DNA of 64,000 bases from Prasinococcaceae sp. CCMP 1430 (lineage: Eukaryota > Plantae > Prasinodermophyta). The notes beneath the pieces were generated by a model. That model was not told the origin of the DNA. It searched no databases and saw nothing but the letters and a program-made list of their open reading frames with translations. Below, in pieces: positions 45,901-55,390 of the stretch. The number at the start of each line of letters is the position of its first letter. Position 1 is the first letter of the stretch. The stretch spans positions 171,461 through 235,460 of the forward strand of contig RQSC01000031.1 of assembly GCA_013416795.1 (NCBI GenBank), given 5' to 3'. A program made the translations under genes and the position numbers.

Positions 45901-48900
45901 GAAGGCAAGAGCGTGCCCAGCAGCGCTTCTGCACGTGCGCGCCGCCCTTCTGTAGGCGCGCGGCGCGCGACGAGCGAGTGGATGCCAAATGAGACCAATG
46001 TGCGCCCAGGCGCATCGGCCGACCACACCGTATCGATGAGGTTCGTGCCCGTTCGCTTTGCCATCGATGTCGCGGCCTCGTCCCCCTTATCCCCAATGCC
46101 TCTGACCGCAAGCGACGCGTGTAAAAGCTTGGGCAGATGAGGTAAGAGGAGCTCGCCATGCTCGTATGCTGCCTCAGCGAGAAGTGCGATCGTGCTTCTC
46201 TCACGTCGAGTCACCTTGATGGGCTCAAACCCACCTGAGGCTTCCCACGCCACCTCGCTATCTTCCAGTGACCAACCGACGGATGGGTCCGTGATGGGAG
46301 CTGGCGGCGTACAGAGCCTTAGTTGCGCGACCAGGGCACCGATCAAGGGTGGGGCCGCTGGTGCCGCCAGCGCGTATGACAAAGCCAGCTTGGCCAGTCG
46401 CCGCTCTGTCAAGGCATTGCGGCGCTCCCCGCGCACCCACCACCCTCCGAGGTGCAGCGGGTCATCAAGCATAATAATAGGCGCCTGGAGCCACCATGCG
46501 CCACTCCCCGATGTGCCCGGAGTCGCCAGCCGAACCGATGGCTGCATTATTCCTGCGCCGCCCGAATTCACCCGTGGCAGGGATGTGAACGCGCTTCGCG
46601 CCACCTCCTCTTTGGATCCCTTGACCTGTTCGGTCACAACACCGCCACCAGCGGCGTGGGCCTCAGTGAGAAAACGAGCGATGAAATTGGCGCATGCCTC
46701 CTTAAGGACAGTCGGTGACGATGGCTCCGGCATGAGAACAGCCCAGAGTGGCCTAAGCAGCGGGGCCTCGCGACTCGGCCACCCACAGAGGCGAACCATG
46801 TCAAACAGACTCAACAGAGCCGCTCGTGCCGCTGGGGTCGCGTCCTTTGCTGGGCCTTTGCTGCTCTCAGACACCATGCGGGGAAAGCAGGCGGCCCAGG
46901 GCTTCAGCACCGTTAGCATCGCCGGTAGGAGTGTAAGCGGAAGGCTCGTGTGCAGTGCCACAGCCTCTCGTAAAACCACGCCGGCACAAAGCGGACGGGC
47001 CGCTGCTATGACTGCCGAAGTAGCAGCAGCTGCTTGAATGTGTGCCTCTGGCGGGGCCTGGTCGAAGGGAGGGAGCGGAAGCGGAAGCAGATTGTTCGGC
47101 GACATCGAGCGCAGCAGTGCACGCAGCACCCGTAGCGCCAGTTCTCGTCTTTCAGCTGCAGGTGAGCAGAGATGCAGCAGGCAGACGTAGATGCCCTCTC
47201 CGTCGGCAAGTCGTCGAGCGCGAAGCCAGCCCTGCGAGGCAGTCTCAGCCGGAAGGGTGTCAGTGGCCTCGCCATTGTGCCCCTCGCTGTCTAGTTCCGC
47301 ACACCACACGATCGCACGCAAATGGGCCGAAGCCAGATTTGCTGCTGCCGCGTCGTCCTGCTTCGAGTGCCTGTTGCTCACGTCCCGTCCGTGGATCGAT
47401 CTGAGTGTTTGCCCGAGCGGCACTGTCGTCTTGACTGCTTCCAATCCCGTAGCACGCATGTCACCGAAAGAGGCGAGTAGGAAATAGCCCAGTCGGTAGG
47501 GCTCGTTCTGCAGCAGCATAGCCAGGCACGCGGACGCCTCATCATACAGCTCGCTGCCCTCGCTTGACTCAAGCTGTTCTTGCGTGAACTGCGCCGCCGC
47601 TGTACCGAGGTGCTCAGTCTGCGATGGGCCAAGGGCGAGCAACGCACAGAGCGCGCGAAGTGCCGAGCGACGAAGCTGAATGGCTTCGGCAGTGCTGATG
47701 CCCTCCGAATCACCTGCTGGAGCATTGCCTAGCCCACCCTCACCCTGCAACCATGTCGACGTGATGGCGACCAGCATCTGTGATCGTGGCACGTTGAAGC
47801 GCAACTCCTTTGCGTGCGCTAAATACTGGGTCGCAACCACCAACATGTTGCATCGAAACGCCGGATCGCGAGCCTCCATGGGTGAAGGTTCTGCCTGAAG
47901 CCATGCGTACACGACCTCCTGCAATGACACCTCGACAGATGAGTGGAGCGGCAATTTGTGGCTGAGAGTGTCAGCGTGCTCGGCTTCAGGTTGCACAGCG
48001 GCAGTGTCTCGAATCGGACTTGCGTCTTGAGCCTTGGAAGCCCTCGCATGCTTGGGATCAGTGTCGCTGGCGTCATGATCTTGGGTAGTTCTAGGGTCCT
48101 CGATTGCGCCGAACACATGCGCAAGCATCGCAACGACTTGCGGTTCGAATGCATACGAGCGCGGCCCGCGTTGCGCGGAGGCTCTCGCACCCCTGATCTC
48201 CCCCGAGTATCCAGTACGTCCTCGCCGGCCGCGAGCGGCAGCACGGGCATCCTCCGCGTGCATGCGCATGCATTGGAGCAGCAGGCCGTGGCAACTTGGG
48301 TGAAGCTGCTCCAGCGACGTCCGCAGCGCGACACCAACGGCTGCCTCAGACACGCGCAGTGATATGCCTCCGGCGTTCGCGACAGCGGCATTCTTAGGGT
48401 TATCCTCGGGCATGCACAGCCTCTTCCAAGCCCCAACTAGGCACTCATCAATCGCTGAAGCAGACATGAGCTTGGCTTCCCATGGCCACGCCACAGTCAG
48501 CTGGCTCGCTCTCGGCGGCCAAGTCGCGTCAGCTGGAATCTGCTGGCGCGCCGTAAGGCACACGAAGCGCCACTGGTTCAGCCACACAGACCACGGCGGC
48601 CCCGCCGATTGGTCCACCCCGCTATCTGAAGTTGGGTGCTGATCCCACAGGCGCAGTGCGGCTAACTTGGCCCAGGCCCATTCCAACGCCCAGCGGTGAT
48701 GGTCAAGCGAGTGCTCGTCCTCAATCAGCAACTCAAGCTGCCGTGACCAGCCGACCTTGCTTGGCATGTGCTGGTGGGCGTCTGCGAACACAAGCGGCGC
48801 GAGCGGCTCAGCTCCGGCGAGGGCGCGGGCCTCAGCCTCATTTGCAGTGAGCTCGGGGGCGCACATGCGCTTGATGAGCAAAGCGCCCATTCGCTGCAGC

Positions 48901-51365
48901 GGTGGCTCCGGCCTGACGAGGGCAAGGATTCCTGCACCCTCGATCCTCAGCCGCATGCGCCTCCATTCCTCTGCCTCAGCCTGCTGTTGCGTCGGCCCGC
49001 CGTGTTTTGCACTGAAGGATCCCGGCCGGCTTGAGGGCCGCGACGGTGCATTCTGCGCGCGGGCCGCGATTTCCTCCACTGCCGAACAGAGCGTACGCAT
49101 CGCTTGCTCAAACAAAGCCGTCGATGTTTGCGCTCGCTCGCCGACGACGCGCAGCAACCACTCAAGGGCCAGGGTCAGAAGCTCCCCTTCGAGGAGTGGC
49201 AGCGCTCGCAGCAGGGCTTCGAGCGCGTCTTCTGCGGCATGAACATCTTGCGACAGAGCGAGCATCCCAGTGGCATCGAGAGCGGCCTTCGCTCCTCCAG
49301 GTCTCGTGAAGGACAGCAGGGGAAGCGGGAGCACTCGCAGAGCAGATCGCGCCACCGCTAGGCGACGCTGCAGGACTTCGTCATGCGTTGGACCTCTCGA
49401 CAAGCACGAGAACAGCCCCGCTCTTGGGTTTGGACACTCTTTGCCTCCCTCTTTAAGCGCTTGCACGACATATTCAGCCAGGCCTGCATCAGAGGCTGCC
49501 GAGAGAGCGCTCTCCGAAGGTCGAGCAAATGTGGACATGGCTGCACACCTGTCCGCATAGTCCCCGACTTGCACAGCTGAACTCTGAAGCATCGCCGCCA
49601 ACGCGAACATCGCATTGCAGTACGCCCCTGTTGACGTCTTGCCAGCTGCTCCGCTCGCTAATGCTTGCCTTAGCACGCCAACAGCAATCGGAATGTCTGC
49701 GTCGTGCCAAGCAAGCTGAGCTACCAACGCGCAAAGCGCACTGCACTGCGCCTCACGCGCCGCGAACTCGTAGTCAGCGCGCTCGGCGCGGTTGCGTGGG
49801 AGCGCAGCGACGTCTGCAGCAGGAAGATGCCAGGGAAACCGCGGTATCCTTCGCATGAGGCCCTCCGAGAGGAGCGCCTCAACGTCGGCCTCCCAACTGT
49901 CTCGAAGAGGAAGCCTGTGTTCCAAGAGGCAGCGGGGGACAGAACGCACATACTCTGCTGCGGCGACCAGCGCCCTCGCGCGCCCGCCGGCATCGGAGCG
50001 CTTGACGATTTGCACGAGCCCTTTGATGAGTTTCTCGCGCCACCTTGCGCCAAGCTCATGAGCTGGAGCGTGCGCCGCCAGCAGAGCCAGGAAGGTCGAG
50101 GCCTCGATCGTGAGCTTCGACCGGCTAAGCCATGAGCGCGCAGCGGTGCGCAGCGGCGCCTCGGCCAGCCACACCCTCCCAAGAGGCTCGTCCGTCGCGA
50201 GCAGTAAGTCCTCTGCGGCTTGTGCGCCGGCGGCCTCGAGGCCTGCGCGCACTGTAGCGAGTGCCGGAATCACGCACTCAACAAGGCCGCGACACTGGTA
50301 CGACCGCTGCGCCCCCGGAAGCACATGCGTTGACACAGCATCGAGGTACGCGGCCGTGGCCTCCCGTATTTCTTCGTCAATCAGCCCGAACGACCATTGT
50401 GACGCGGCCCGGAGAAGCGCTATCTGTGCAGCCCACGCAGCCACAGCCGTCGCAGCTGCACCCTCCGATCCAAGCCCTTGCTCGCGGACCCTCTCCTCTG
50501 CTCCTGCTGCGCGCTCCAGCCTGGCCGCGAGCGCCTCCACGAGCGTTGGCAGAAGTGAGTGGCTAAGCGCCACAAGACAATCCGACGCTGCAACCGTCGC
50601 GCGGCTCGCAATCGCTGCACCGTGCAGCGCATCCGGACCATACACCTCGACTGCGTCAAAGAGCTGCGCCAATTGCGGCTGGGTGACCCTCGCCGCTGCG
50701 GCGCTCAGCGTGGCCTCGCCGCGTTCCTCCAGCCGCGCGAACACGCCAGCCTGCAATTCCAGGACGAGGGGGTGCAGCAGCTCCTGGGCTCGCTTCGGCG
50801 AACTTTCCGCAAGCTCGTACAGCTGTGACACAAGCTCGCCGAGGTCGTAGGTGCCCGACACTACCAGACCTATGAGCCACGCCTGAAGCCTGCCGATCGT
50901 TTCGAGCACAACGGGCAGTGGCAGCAAGCGCGCCGCAGAGATGTCCCCGGGCCCATTGCCGCCTCCGTCTTCGCCATCGTCCTCGCCAGCGCCGACAGCA
51001 CTGGGCAGCTCGTGCGGTGGCTGCACGGGCGCCGCCCGCGCCAGCGAGCCTTCCGACGTACTGCTTCCCTCCAATGCTGCCTGACGATACGCAAGCGCCT
51101 GCAGCTGCTCGAGGATGGAGTGCACCGTGCGCTGCTGCCGTTGGGCCGCTGCGCGCCCGCGCGCGCCAGTCGCCTTGCGCAGCACGGCCTCTATCTCGAA
51201 GTCGTACCCTGCTGCCGGGTTGCTGTGTGAGCTATGCGCACCACCATGGTACTTGCCACCCCCGGCACCGTTCGCGCTTCCCGCGCCATGGATGCTCACG
51301 CCCCCCGCGCCGACCGCCCCGGCCGCCCCGCCGCCGACGCCCGCACCCGCGCCCTCACGGGCCAT
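42942..51365 (-). CDS. Furry/MOR2/Tao3-like ARM-repeat cell morphogenesis scaffold (~2800 aa, apparently intronless)
   Basis: Colinear motifs IEGAGILALVRPEPPLQ, CLLHLCSPAAERRELAL, MLTVLKPW, IALLAEAAYEHGELLLPHLPKLLH and WAHESLGWAFMC resemble MOR2-PAG1 N/mid/C blocks. Confidence 0.75.
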   Translation of the reverse strand: MAREGAGAGVGGGAAGAVGAGGVSIHGAGSANGAGGGKYHGGAHSSHSNPAAGYDFEIEAVLRKATGARGRAAAQRQQRTVHSILEQLQALAYRQAALEGSSTSEGSLARAAPVQPPHELPSAVGAGEDDGEDGGGNGPGDISAARLLPLPVVLETIGRLQAWLIGLVVSGTYDLGELVSQLYELAESSPKRAQELLHPLVLELQAGVFARLEERGEATLSAAAARVTQPQLAQLFDAVEVYGPDALHGAAIASRATVAASDCLVALSHSLLPTLVEALAARLERAAGAEERVREQGLGSEGAAATAVAAWAAQIALLRAASQWSFGLIDEEIREATAAYLDAVSTHVLPGAQRSYQCRGLVECVIPALATVRAGLEAAGAQAAEDLLLATDEPLGRVWLAEAPLRTAARSWLSRSKLTIEASTFLALLAAHAPAHELGARWREKLIKGLVQIVKRSDAGGRARALVAAAEYVRSVPRCLLEHRLPLRDSWEADVEALLSEGLMRRIPRFPWHLPAADVAALPRNRAERADYEFAAREAQCSALCALVAQLAWHDADIPIAVGVLRQALASGAAGKTSTGAYCNAMFALAAMLQSSAVQVGDYADRCAAMSTFARPSESALSAASDAGLAEYVVQALKEGGKECPNPRAGLFSCLSRGPTHDEVLQRRLAVARSALRVLPLPLLSFTRPGGAKAALDATGMLALSQDVHAAEDALEALLRALPLLEGELLTLALEWLLRVVGERAQTSTALFEQAMRTLCSAVEEIAARAQNAPSRPSSRPGSFSAKHGGPTQQQAEAEEWRRMRLRIEGAGILALVRPEPPLQRMGALLIKRMCAPELTANEAEARALAGAEPLAPLVFADAHQHMPSKVGWSRQLELLIEDEHSLDHHRWALEWAWAKLAALRLWDQHPTSDSGVDQSAGPPWSVWLNQWRFVCLTARQQIPADATWPPRASQLTVAWPWEAKLMSASAIDECLVGAWKRLCMPEDNPKNAAVANAGGISLRVSEAAVGVALRTSLEQLHPSCHGLLLQCMRMHAEDARAAARGRRGRTGYSGEIRGARASAQRGPRSYAFEPQVVAMLAHVFGAIEDPRTTQDHDASDTDPKHARASKAQDASPIRDTAAVQPEAEHADTLSHKLPLHSSVEVSLQEVVYAWLQAEPSPMEARDPAFRCNMLVVATQYLAHAKELRFNVPRSQMLVAITSTWLQGEGGLGNAPAGDSEGISTAEAIQLRRSALRALCALLALGPSQTEHLGTAAAQFTQEQLESSEGSELYDEASACLAMLLQNEPYRLGYFLLASFGDMRATGLEAVKTTVPLGQTLRSIHGRDVSNRHSKQDDAAAANLASAHLRAIVWCAELDSEGHNGEATDTLPAETASQGWLRARRLADGEGIYVCLLHLCSPAAERRELALRVLRALLRSMSPNNLLPLPLPPFDQAPPEAHIQAAAATSAVIAAARPLCAGVVLREAVALHTSLPLTLLPAMLTVLKPWAACFPRMVSESSKGPAKDATPAARAALLSLFDMVRLCGWPSREAPLLRPLWAVLMPEPSSPTVLKEACANFIARFLTEAHAAGGGVVTEQVKGSKEEVARSAFTSLPRVNSGGAGIMQPSVRLATPGTSGSGAWWLQAPIIMLDDPLHLGGWWVRGERRNALTERRLAKLALSYALAAPAAPPLIGALVAQLRLCTPPAPITDPSVGWSLEDSEVAWEASGGFEPIKVTRRERSTIALLAEAAYEHGELLLPHLPKLLHASLAVRGIGDKGDEAATSMAKRTGTNLIDTVWSADAPGRTLVSFGIHSLVARRAPTEGRRARAEALLGTLLPSPATGTGPLGSPMPDTRIRRVATEKRGNSPRPATNGTLNGHHERHPSRSRPRDAQTARTLAPPMDDPQTTSPEPFVLISPVGKEPDAAPTELSLNPEFVCALFDAFAPSYPSLAHDWAHESLGWAFMCTDERAVLASMRVLAAAEMRQPLSEADLRGVSRLLLSSLRAGHAGAAGGALEIFEAVIPHLWAAADKLDDVSIADRPRRRAYSEVSEADDGSVGLLRTTSDQHASTYYLSMNEWMRIFDLLSSSAVAALCMSPLGLHDQALALATDLLLGGGRRAGNLRRRRALRPRALASRMRDAWKRAAAEMGVTMDAAVTTPLFRSLLSPSTAKRGLTMLEIYGEVYADSLPAGNRLVILVLLVEAALAITDDAVDATTRSRRARHVARFVSRCGFVLPEVHAAFEHLEIGGMAGTASLGERQGSSRRVSEAEGFLRDFFSGFSLSFPEDESWRFALRSVVVAAGHGVPRWRNAFMRLLGSLLAARAHAWTRGDFAAVAELLGSQGGGAGGDRGAAGRPASSHAGGSDSADLTGLLEDLRVQLLEHAPFDVTARVFDALGGQTGKSSSAAVVAAASLRPTPSEVVIDQRMDVLGPAHEPPALCESWFDGLKVGAGASPAQTQFGGADSMSDILSSVQSAASRTHSFSTVYSSAPPGSTGMLSSPANSEDGDDADGRYFPFDSDIEDDFDDADDEDPHSLSGAVADVSANEGDDCAGLADSQELPLSARSSMSIGTFGGTGDSFGDKDEGYGHGHAQAPDHQARPIVGHRPPLTETTSSGFVPTAPTHRRTSSNVSTGSGGHSSGLTPLIVPVPTRMPKQPHRQRPAHRRSASAGPEVFNQISARGKHFRKPRLSLASPDAAAYAVQSGRLGLSPIQPMLPPVKTVLPKRSPPPSPQLVNTPERGAQLQGPAEGEEAVGKDGAISPTDVEAWVPVVENALSPSQLDGPPHKSSFTNVDASIAGEASAVVNPDIGDDSEGGELSGFVF

Positions 51366-51941
51366 CGCGCCGCCCCGCGCGCCGCCCCGACGTGCGCTCC
51401 GCGCGCACGCGCCCAGCGCAGCGCGCCGCGAGCGTGCGCGCGGGAGAGGAGGGGGGGGGGGCGGGGCGCAGCGCGTGCCCTCTGGCGTGCGGGCGCGCAG
51501 CGGCAGCGCCAAACAGCCGCTGCACAGGCCGCTTGAATTCAAGCCTGCGCTCGCACGCCCGTCATCTCCCTGCCTGAAATGCCAGAAATGGAAATGGGAA
51601 CGTCGATGTCGATTGCCGAAGCCGTTTCCGCGTCAAAAAGTGTCCTCCGCTGCACGATATCCCGTGGGTACATGTTTTGGATTGCTGGGTTGACGGGGTG
51701 GCTGTTGGTGCCGGCGGCGTTTTTTTTTGTGCGCAATCGGCGCGCAGGGGGCGCGGCGGCAGAGGCAGCGGCGCGGCCGGTGAGCGTCACACACGCGGCG
51801 GGCGGCGCTGGGCGCGCGGTCGCCGTCCCAACCGCCCCCTTCCCCCACCCCGCACCCCCCACCCCAAACACACACATAACCTCCGACCCGCGCCCCGGCC
51901 ACACGAGTGGCCGCGGTTCGTCGCGAGCACGCGCGCGCGCG

Positions 51942-52809
51942 ATGCAGGCTCTCGGCGCGATGTTCGGCGCCGACGGCGGCGGGGGCGGCGGGGCGGCTGC
52001 GGGCGCGGGTGGCGAGGCGTCGGTGCTGTCGGCGTGGAAAGACTATGAAGCGGGCGGTGGGGACGTCGAGGCAGGCGGCATCAGCGGTGGGGAGGCGGCG
52101 ATGGAAAGTGAGGGCCTGCCCTTCCTGTCGAGCTCGCTGTCGAGCGCCGCCGAGGGCGTGAGCTCCACTCTGGGCCGAATGGGATCGCAGGCCAAGGCTG
52201 CCGTGTCCGACCCAGCAGGGGCGGTACAGGCGGCGCGCGAGGCGCTACCCGACGGCAGCAACATGGCATACGCAACCATGCTCTTCGGCGCCGGTGCATT
52301 CTTCCTAGTGATTGCGTTTTTCATCGCGCTGCCAGTGCTCATCGTCTTCCCGGCGAAGTTCGCGCTGAGCTTCACGACGGGGTGTGCGTGCATCATTGCA
52401 GGCATCACCGTCATGAAGGTGCGTGGCGTGAGCGTGGATCGTGGTGCGCGCTTGATGTGGCGCGCTGCACCTTGCGCACAAGTGCGCACGCTCACAGGCG
52501 CGTCTCGTGCGCTTCTCCCTCCCTCACGCACAGGGATGGCGCTCGCAGCTCAAGCACATGATATCGCCAGAACGTCGCAAATTCACGGGCGGGTACCTCG
52601 CCAGCATGGTGGGCACACTGTGGGCGGCGCTGTTCGCGCACAGTTATCTACTGTGTCTCTTGTTTTCCGTGGCACAGTTCGTGACCATGCTCTACTATAT
52701 GGCCTCGTACGTGCCAGGCGGCACTGCAGGCGTGAGCTTGCTCGTATCGGCGACCAAGCAGGCGGGCGCAGGCGCGCTCCGGACGGCGTCCTCTGCCGTC
52801 TTGAAATGA
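51942..52809 (+). CDS. SFT2: SFT2/Got1-family vesicle transport protein; intron 52419-52533
   Basis: Four TM segments, PAKFALSFTTG, GWRSQLKHM...ER and YYMASYVPGG. Confidence 0.92.
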
Positions 52810-52992
52810 TGCGCCCACGTGGATGTTACCGGACGCACGACGATGGTGCATTTAGCTAGCCCCGCGCTCTATAATACACGGGCACTGGCGCACGAGCGTA
52901 CACGGCGACTCATGTTGCACCGTTCGATCCCCGTTCGCCCTGGCCAATTTACAGTGGCGTGGCTTCTCGATCGCACGCGCCGCGCGCTGGCT

Positions 52993-55029
52993 CTACGGCC
53001 CGTTGCTCCAGCCCGGCCCGGACGAGCTGCTCCAGCCTGGGCCTGAACCGCCCCCACCGCCCGAGCCGGCGCCTGTTCCGCGCGCTGAATAACCGCCTCC
53101 GCCGCTGCCTTTCCCACCGCCGGACGCGGCCGTGCGCTTGTTACCCCTGCCACGACCACCACCCCTGCCGGCGCCTCTGCCGTTGCCGCGTCCGGCGCCG
53201 CGTCCGGCGCCCCGTCCGCCCCTGCCGCGCGCCCTCTCCCTTGCAGCGACGCGCCTGCCACCGCGCGGCCGCTTCGGGGCCTCATCTCTCTTCGCCTGCT
53301 TTTTGTTGACCGGCATGTCAAGCGGCAGACCCCGCTCGAGGTTGATGCGAATGCGCTCTGCGAGCTCGCGATCGCGCTTCGTCACGAGGCTCACAACAAG
53401 CCCCTTCTGACCCGCGCGTGCAGTGCGACCTGTGCGGTGCAGGTACGTCACGGTGTCCTGTGGCATGTCAAAGTTGATGACGCGTGCAACTCCCTTGGAG
53501 AAGTCGAGGCCGCGTGCGCTCAGGTCGCTCGAGATCATGACAGGCTCCACGAGCTCCGACGCGAACATGCCGTCGGCGCCGCCGCCGAGGTTGCCAGCGT
53601 CGCGGCGTGAAATCGCCTCCGAGGTCGCGGACTTGTACTCGTTGATTGCGTCGAGACGCGCTTGCGGCGTCATGCCGCCGTGACAGCTCAGCGTGCGCAC
53701 GCCGTCCTCGCGGAGCAAGTGCTCCACCGCGCGTGCACTTGCGATAGTGTTGCAGAACACGATGGTTGGACCCACGTAATTGAAGTGCAGCCTCTGCAGG
53801 CTCTCCTTCAGGTGGGTGAGCTTGTCGGTGGCGCCGCACGAGATGAACTCGTGGCGCGCGCCTGCAGCGGCGCTATGCAGCGTGTCCGTCGACGCATTGT
53901 TGTAGGAGCCCTCCTCCCCTCCACCACCCCCACCCGCGCGGTTCACTTCGCTGCCCATTTCCCGCTCAACAAGCTTGCGCACAGGCGCAGTCATAGTCGC
54001 CGACACGACGACGAGCTGCGCGCGGTCGGTCGCAGCGCGTCCCGTCGCACGGTCCGCCTCGCTGCTCTTGAGGCATATCTCGAGCAGCTTGTCGACCTCG
54101 GGCCTGAAACCCGAATCGTCCAGCAAGGTGTCAGCCTCATCCAGTACGAGAGTGGACACGTCGCCGAAGAAGAGGTCACCGTTGGCATTGTGACCCAGCA
54201 GCCTCGCGGGCGTGCCCACGACGACGTCGAGCGGCCGCTGGAGCACCGAGCGCTGTGGCCCCCACGGTGCGCCGCCAACTACCACCCCGGAGCGGAATTT
54301 CGCCACGTGCCCGACTTTCTTGGCGACCTCGCCGATCTGCGTGGCCAGCTCGCGCGTCGGCGAGAGCACGAGCGCACGAGGGCGGCGCGGCCGAGATGTG
54401 CCGACGACTCCACCAGCGGCTGCGCCCCCATCTGCAGCTGCCGCGGCCGCAGCGGCCTCTGCGGCGCGAAGCGAGTGCACCACCGGCAGCAGGTACGCGA
54501 GCGTTTTGCCGCTACCCGTGTGCGAGGCTACTACGGTGTCCTGTCCCGCGACTATGCCCGGCACGGCCGCGCGCTGCACGGGCGTTGGCTCTCCCGCGCC
54601 CACATTGCGCGCGGCGTCGCACACGTCCGCCGCAAGCCCCAGATCAGCCCACGGGTCGCCGCCACCGCCCCCAGGCGCCGAGGGGCCACCGGCCGCAGAG
54701 GCAGCAAAGGGCCTCTGCCTGCGCGTCACCGCCGCGCGGCAGCGCCGACACGACGCGGCCGCCTCGCTTGCCGCGCGCCGCGCAGTGCGGCCGAACGGCC
54801 CCTCTCGCGCCTGCTCGCGCGCCGCGCACTCGAGCGCGTGCCAGCGAGCGAGCTTGCGGGCGGGCGCGAAGGCGGTCACGGGCCAATAGTGTGTGGCGCC
54901 CACGCGCGTGCCGGCGAACCCCGTAGGCAGGCGGCGCCCCCGCCCCGCGCGTGGCACCCAGTGTGGCCGCCCCCGGCGAGCGCGCGCGTCGCGCGGCGGC
55001 TGTGCTCCCCCTAACCCTTCACGCTGCAT
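52993..55029 (-). CDS. DEAD-box RNA helicase, plastid RH39-like, with RGG-rich tail; start uncertain
   Basis: Motifs PTPVQ, SHTGSGKTLAYLLP, PRRPRALVLSPTREL, DEAD, SAT, ARGLDF and YLHRTGRTAR. Confidence 0.9.
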   Translation of the reverse strand: MQREGLGGAQPPRDARARRGRPHWVPRAGRGRRLPTGFAGTRVGATHYWPVTAFAPARKLARWHALECAAREQAREGPFGRTARRAASEAAASCRRCRAAVTRRQRPFAASAAGGPSAPGGGGGDPWADLGLAADVCDAARNVGAGEPTPVQRAAVPGIVAGQDTVVASHTGSGKTLAYLLPVVHSLRAAEAAAAAAAADGGAAAGGVVGTSRPRRPRALVLSPTRELATQIGEVAKKVGHVAKFRSGVVVGGAPWGPQRSVLQRPLDVVVGTPARLLGHNANGDLFFGDVSTLVLDEADTLLDDSGFRPEVDKLLEICLKSSEADRATGRAATDRAQLVVVSATMTAPVRKLVEREMGSEVNRAGGGGGGEEGSYNNASTDTLHSAAAGARHEFISCGATDKLTHLKESLQRLHFNYVGPTIVFCNTIASARAVEHLLREDGVRTLSCHGGMTPQARLDAINEYKSATSEAISRRDAGNLGGGADGMFASELVEPVMISSDLSARGLDFSKGVARVINFDMPQDTVTYLHRTGRTARAGQKGLVVSLVTKRDRELAERIRINLERGLPLDMPVNKKQAKRDEAPKRPRGGRRVAARERARGRGGRGAGRGAGRGNGRGAGRGGGRGRGNKRTAASGGGKGSGGGGYSARGTGAGSGGGGGSGPGWSSSSGPGWSNGP

Positions 55030-55390
55030 TCGGCGGCCGCATCGAGATGCATGCCCTCGATGGCCCGGTCTGTCCCAATGTACATCCGAAAGACTCAGGT
55101 CATCATGCGAGACCCTGGGCAAAAGCCCGTCTCAGAGCAAGCACCGTCTCAGAGCAGGCAGGCGGTCCGAGAGATTCAGATTCCGGATCGGGGCGTGGGT
55201 CGAAACGGGGCCGCCGAGTCTGATGCGCGCGCGGCGCTCGCACCGCGGTTGGTTGGGTGTTTGACCGAAAGACAGACAGGGTTGCAAACGGACGGGGGAA
55301 GGGTGGCGTCAGTCAGAGGACGCGCTTGCGCCACATCGCGCGAGAGCTGGCGGGCGCGCGGGGCGCGCGGGCGGGGCGCGCGGGGGCGCG

